Shown: positions 63,400 to 64,000 of the stretch, piece after piece | Position numbering within the stretch: the first letter of the stretch is position 1 | How the letters are laid out: each line of letters starts with the position of its first letter | Assembly (NCBI GenBank): GCA_030704615.1 | Contig: CM060733.1 | Coordinates: 53,630,001-53,694,000, forward strand | Origin: Takakia lepidozioides | Lineage: Eukaryota > Plantae > Bryophyta | DNA length: 64,000 bases | Reading direction: 5' to 3' | Notes under the pieces: model-generated | Seen by the model: only the letters and a program-made list of their open reading frames with translations | What the model was told of the DNA's origin: nothing | The model's database searches: none | Made by a program: the position numbers and the translations under genes

Positions 63400-64000
63400 T
63401 GGCCACTAACACGCCAATCTTTCGGAGACCCTATAGATACAGTGACATGGAGAGGTCTTTGATTCAGATGAGGACTCAAGATCTCTAAGAGACAGGTTTG
63501 GTGGAGCTCTCTGGTGGAGAGTATGCTTCAGCCACAGTGATGCCAGCCAAGAAGGGTGTCTATGGCAATTGGACGGAGAGACGTATGTGCGGTGATTACC
63601 GGCCTGTAAATCGTCAGACCAAGTCCGATAGGTATGCCATGCCGACACCAGAGGAGATCTTTGATGCCATTGGGCATTCCAAGGTCTTTAGCACGTTGGA
63701 TTTACGATCCGGATATCACCAGTTGCCGATCAAGGAGGCGGATAAGCAAAAGACGGCATTCTGGGGGATCAATGAGCACGGGAAGGATTGCCTATACCAG
63801 TGGCGGTTCTTACCATTTGGGCTTAAAAATGCTCCCGCTAAGTTTCAAAGAGTCACGGACAGGATTCTAGCAGGGGTGGAGTTTGCTCGGTGCTACATAG
63901 ATGACATCATCATCTTTAGTGCTATGATGGAGGAGCATGAGAGACCCCCTCAGGGGGTATTTGAGCGCTTGAGGACGCACGGATTGAAGTTACATCCGGG
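63400..64000 (+). pseudogene. Ty3/Gypsy reverse transcriptase (partial)
   Basis: PIFRRPYR..RMCGDYRPVN..FSTLDLRSGYHQ..KTAFW..LPFGLKNAPAKFQR..CYIDDIIIFS (YIDD 63894-63905); TAA at 63486-63488. Confidence 0.95.

Larger units (their letters stand above)
57543..64000 (+). mobile_element. Ty3/Gypsy LTR retrotransposon carrying a C5 DNA methyltransferase (runs off window; 5' boundary tentative)
   Basis: Order gag - Zn knuckles - protease - DNMT - RT; possible LTR start TGTTATGG (57543) and TATAAA (~57976); PBS and 3' LTR not seen. Confidence 0.88.

Overview
Eukaryotic, transposon-dense window from a land plant, probably non-seed or bryophyte-like. That assignment is inferred from GT-AG introns, PLS-class PPR repeats and the element types. 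Only one clear host gene is present: a 6-exon, 3'-truncated Mn-CDF/MTP8-like metal tolerance gene (1471-3864, minus strand). The rest is a stack of decayed, nested mobile elements. (1) A Dualen/RandI-type LINE (RRM-like ORF1, 2A-like motif, APE, RT, chromodomain-like segment, RNase H, CCHC, restriction-like endonuclease), broken into pieces between 4.2 and 37 kb. (2) Three CACTA elements nested inside each other; the inner two have intact TIRs and 3-bp TSDs and carry amplified OSB-PDF-motif/PPR gene fragments. (3) An APE-RT-CCHC LINE. (4) A MULE-like transposase pseudogene. (5) A Ty3/Gypsy element with a DNMT3-like C5 DNA methyltransferase between protease and RT. The most novel observation is an intron-containing ParB/Srx-domain + beta-class (N6A/N4C) DNA methyltransferase gene. 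It can be reconstructed from two overlapping partial copies (7.7-10.0 kb and 53.4-56.3 kb), and the first copy sits next to a CACTA terminus. All element ORFs are disrupted, so activity must be tested on intact copies elsewhere. All domain calls come from reading motifs by eye; no database searches were run.
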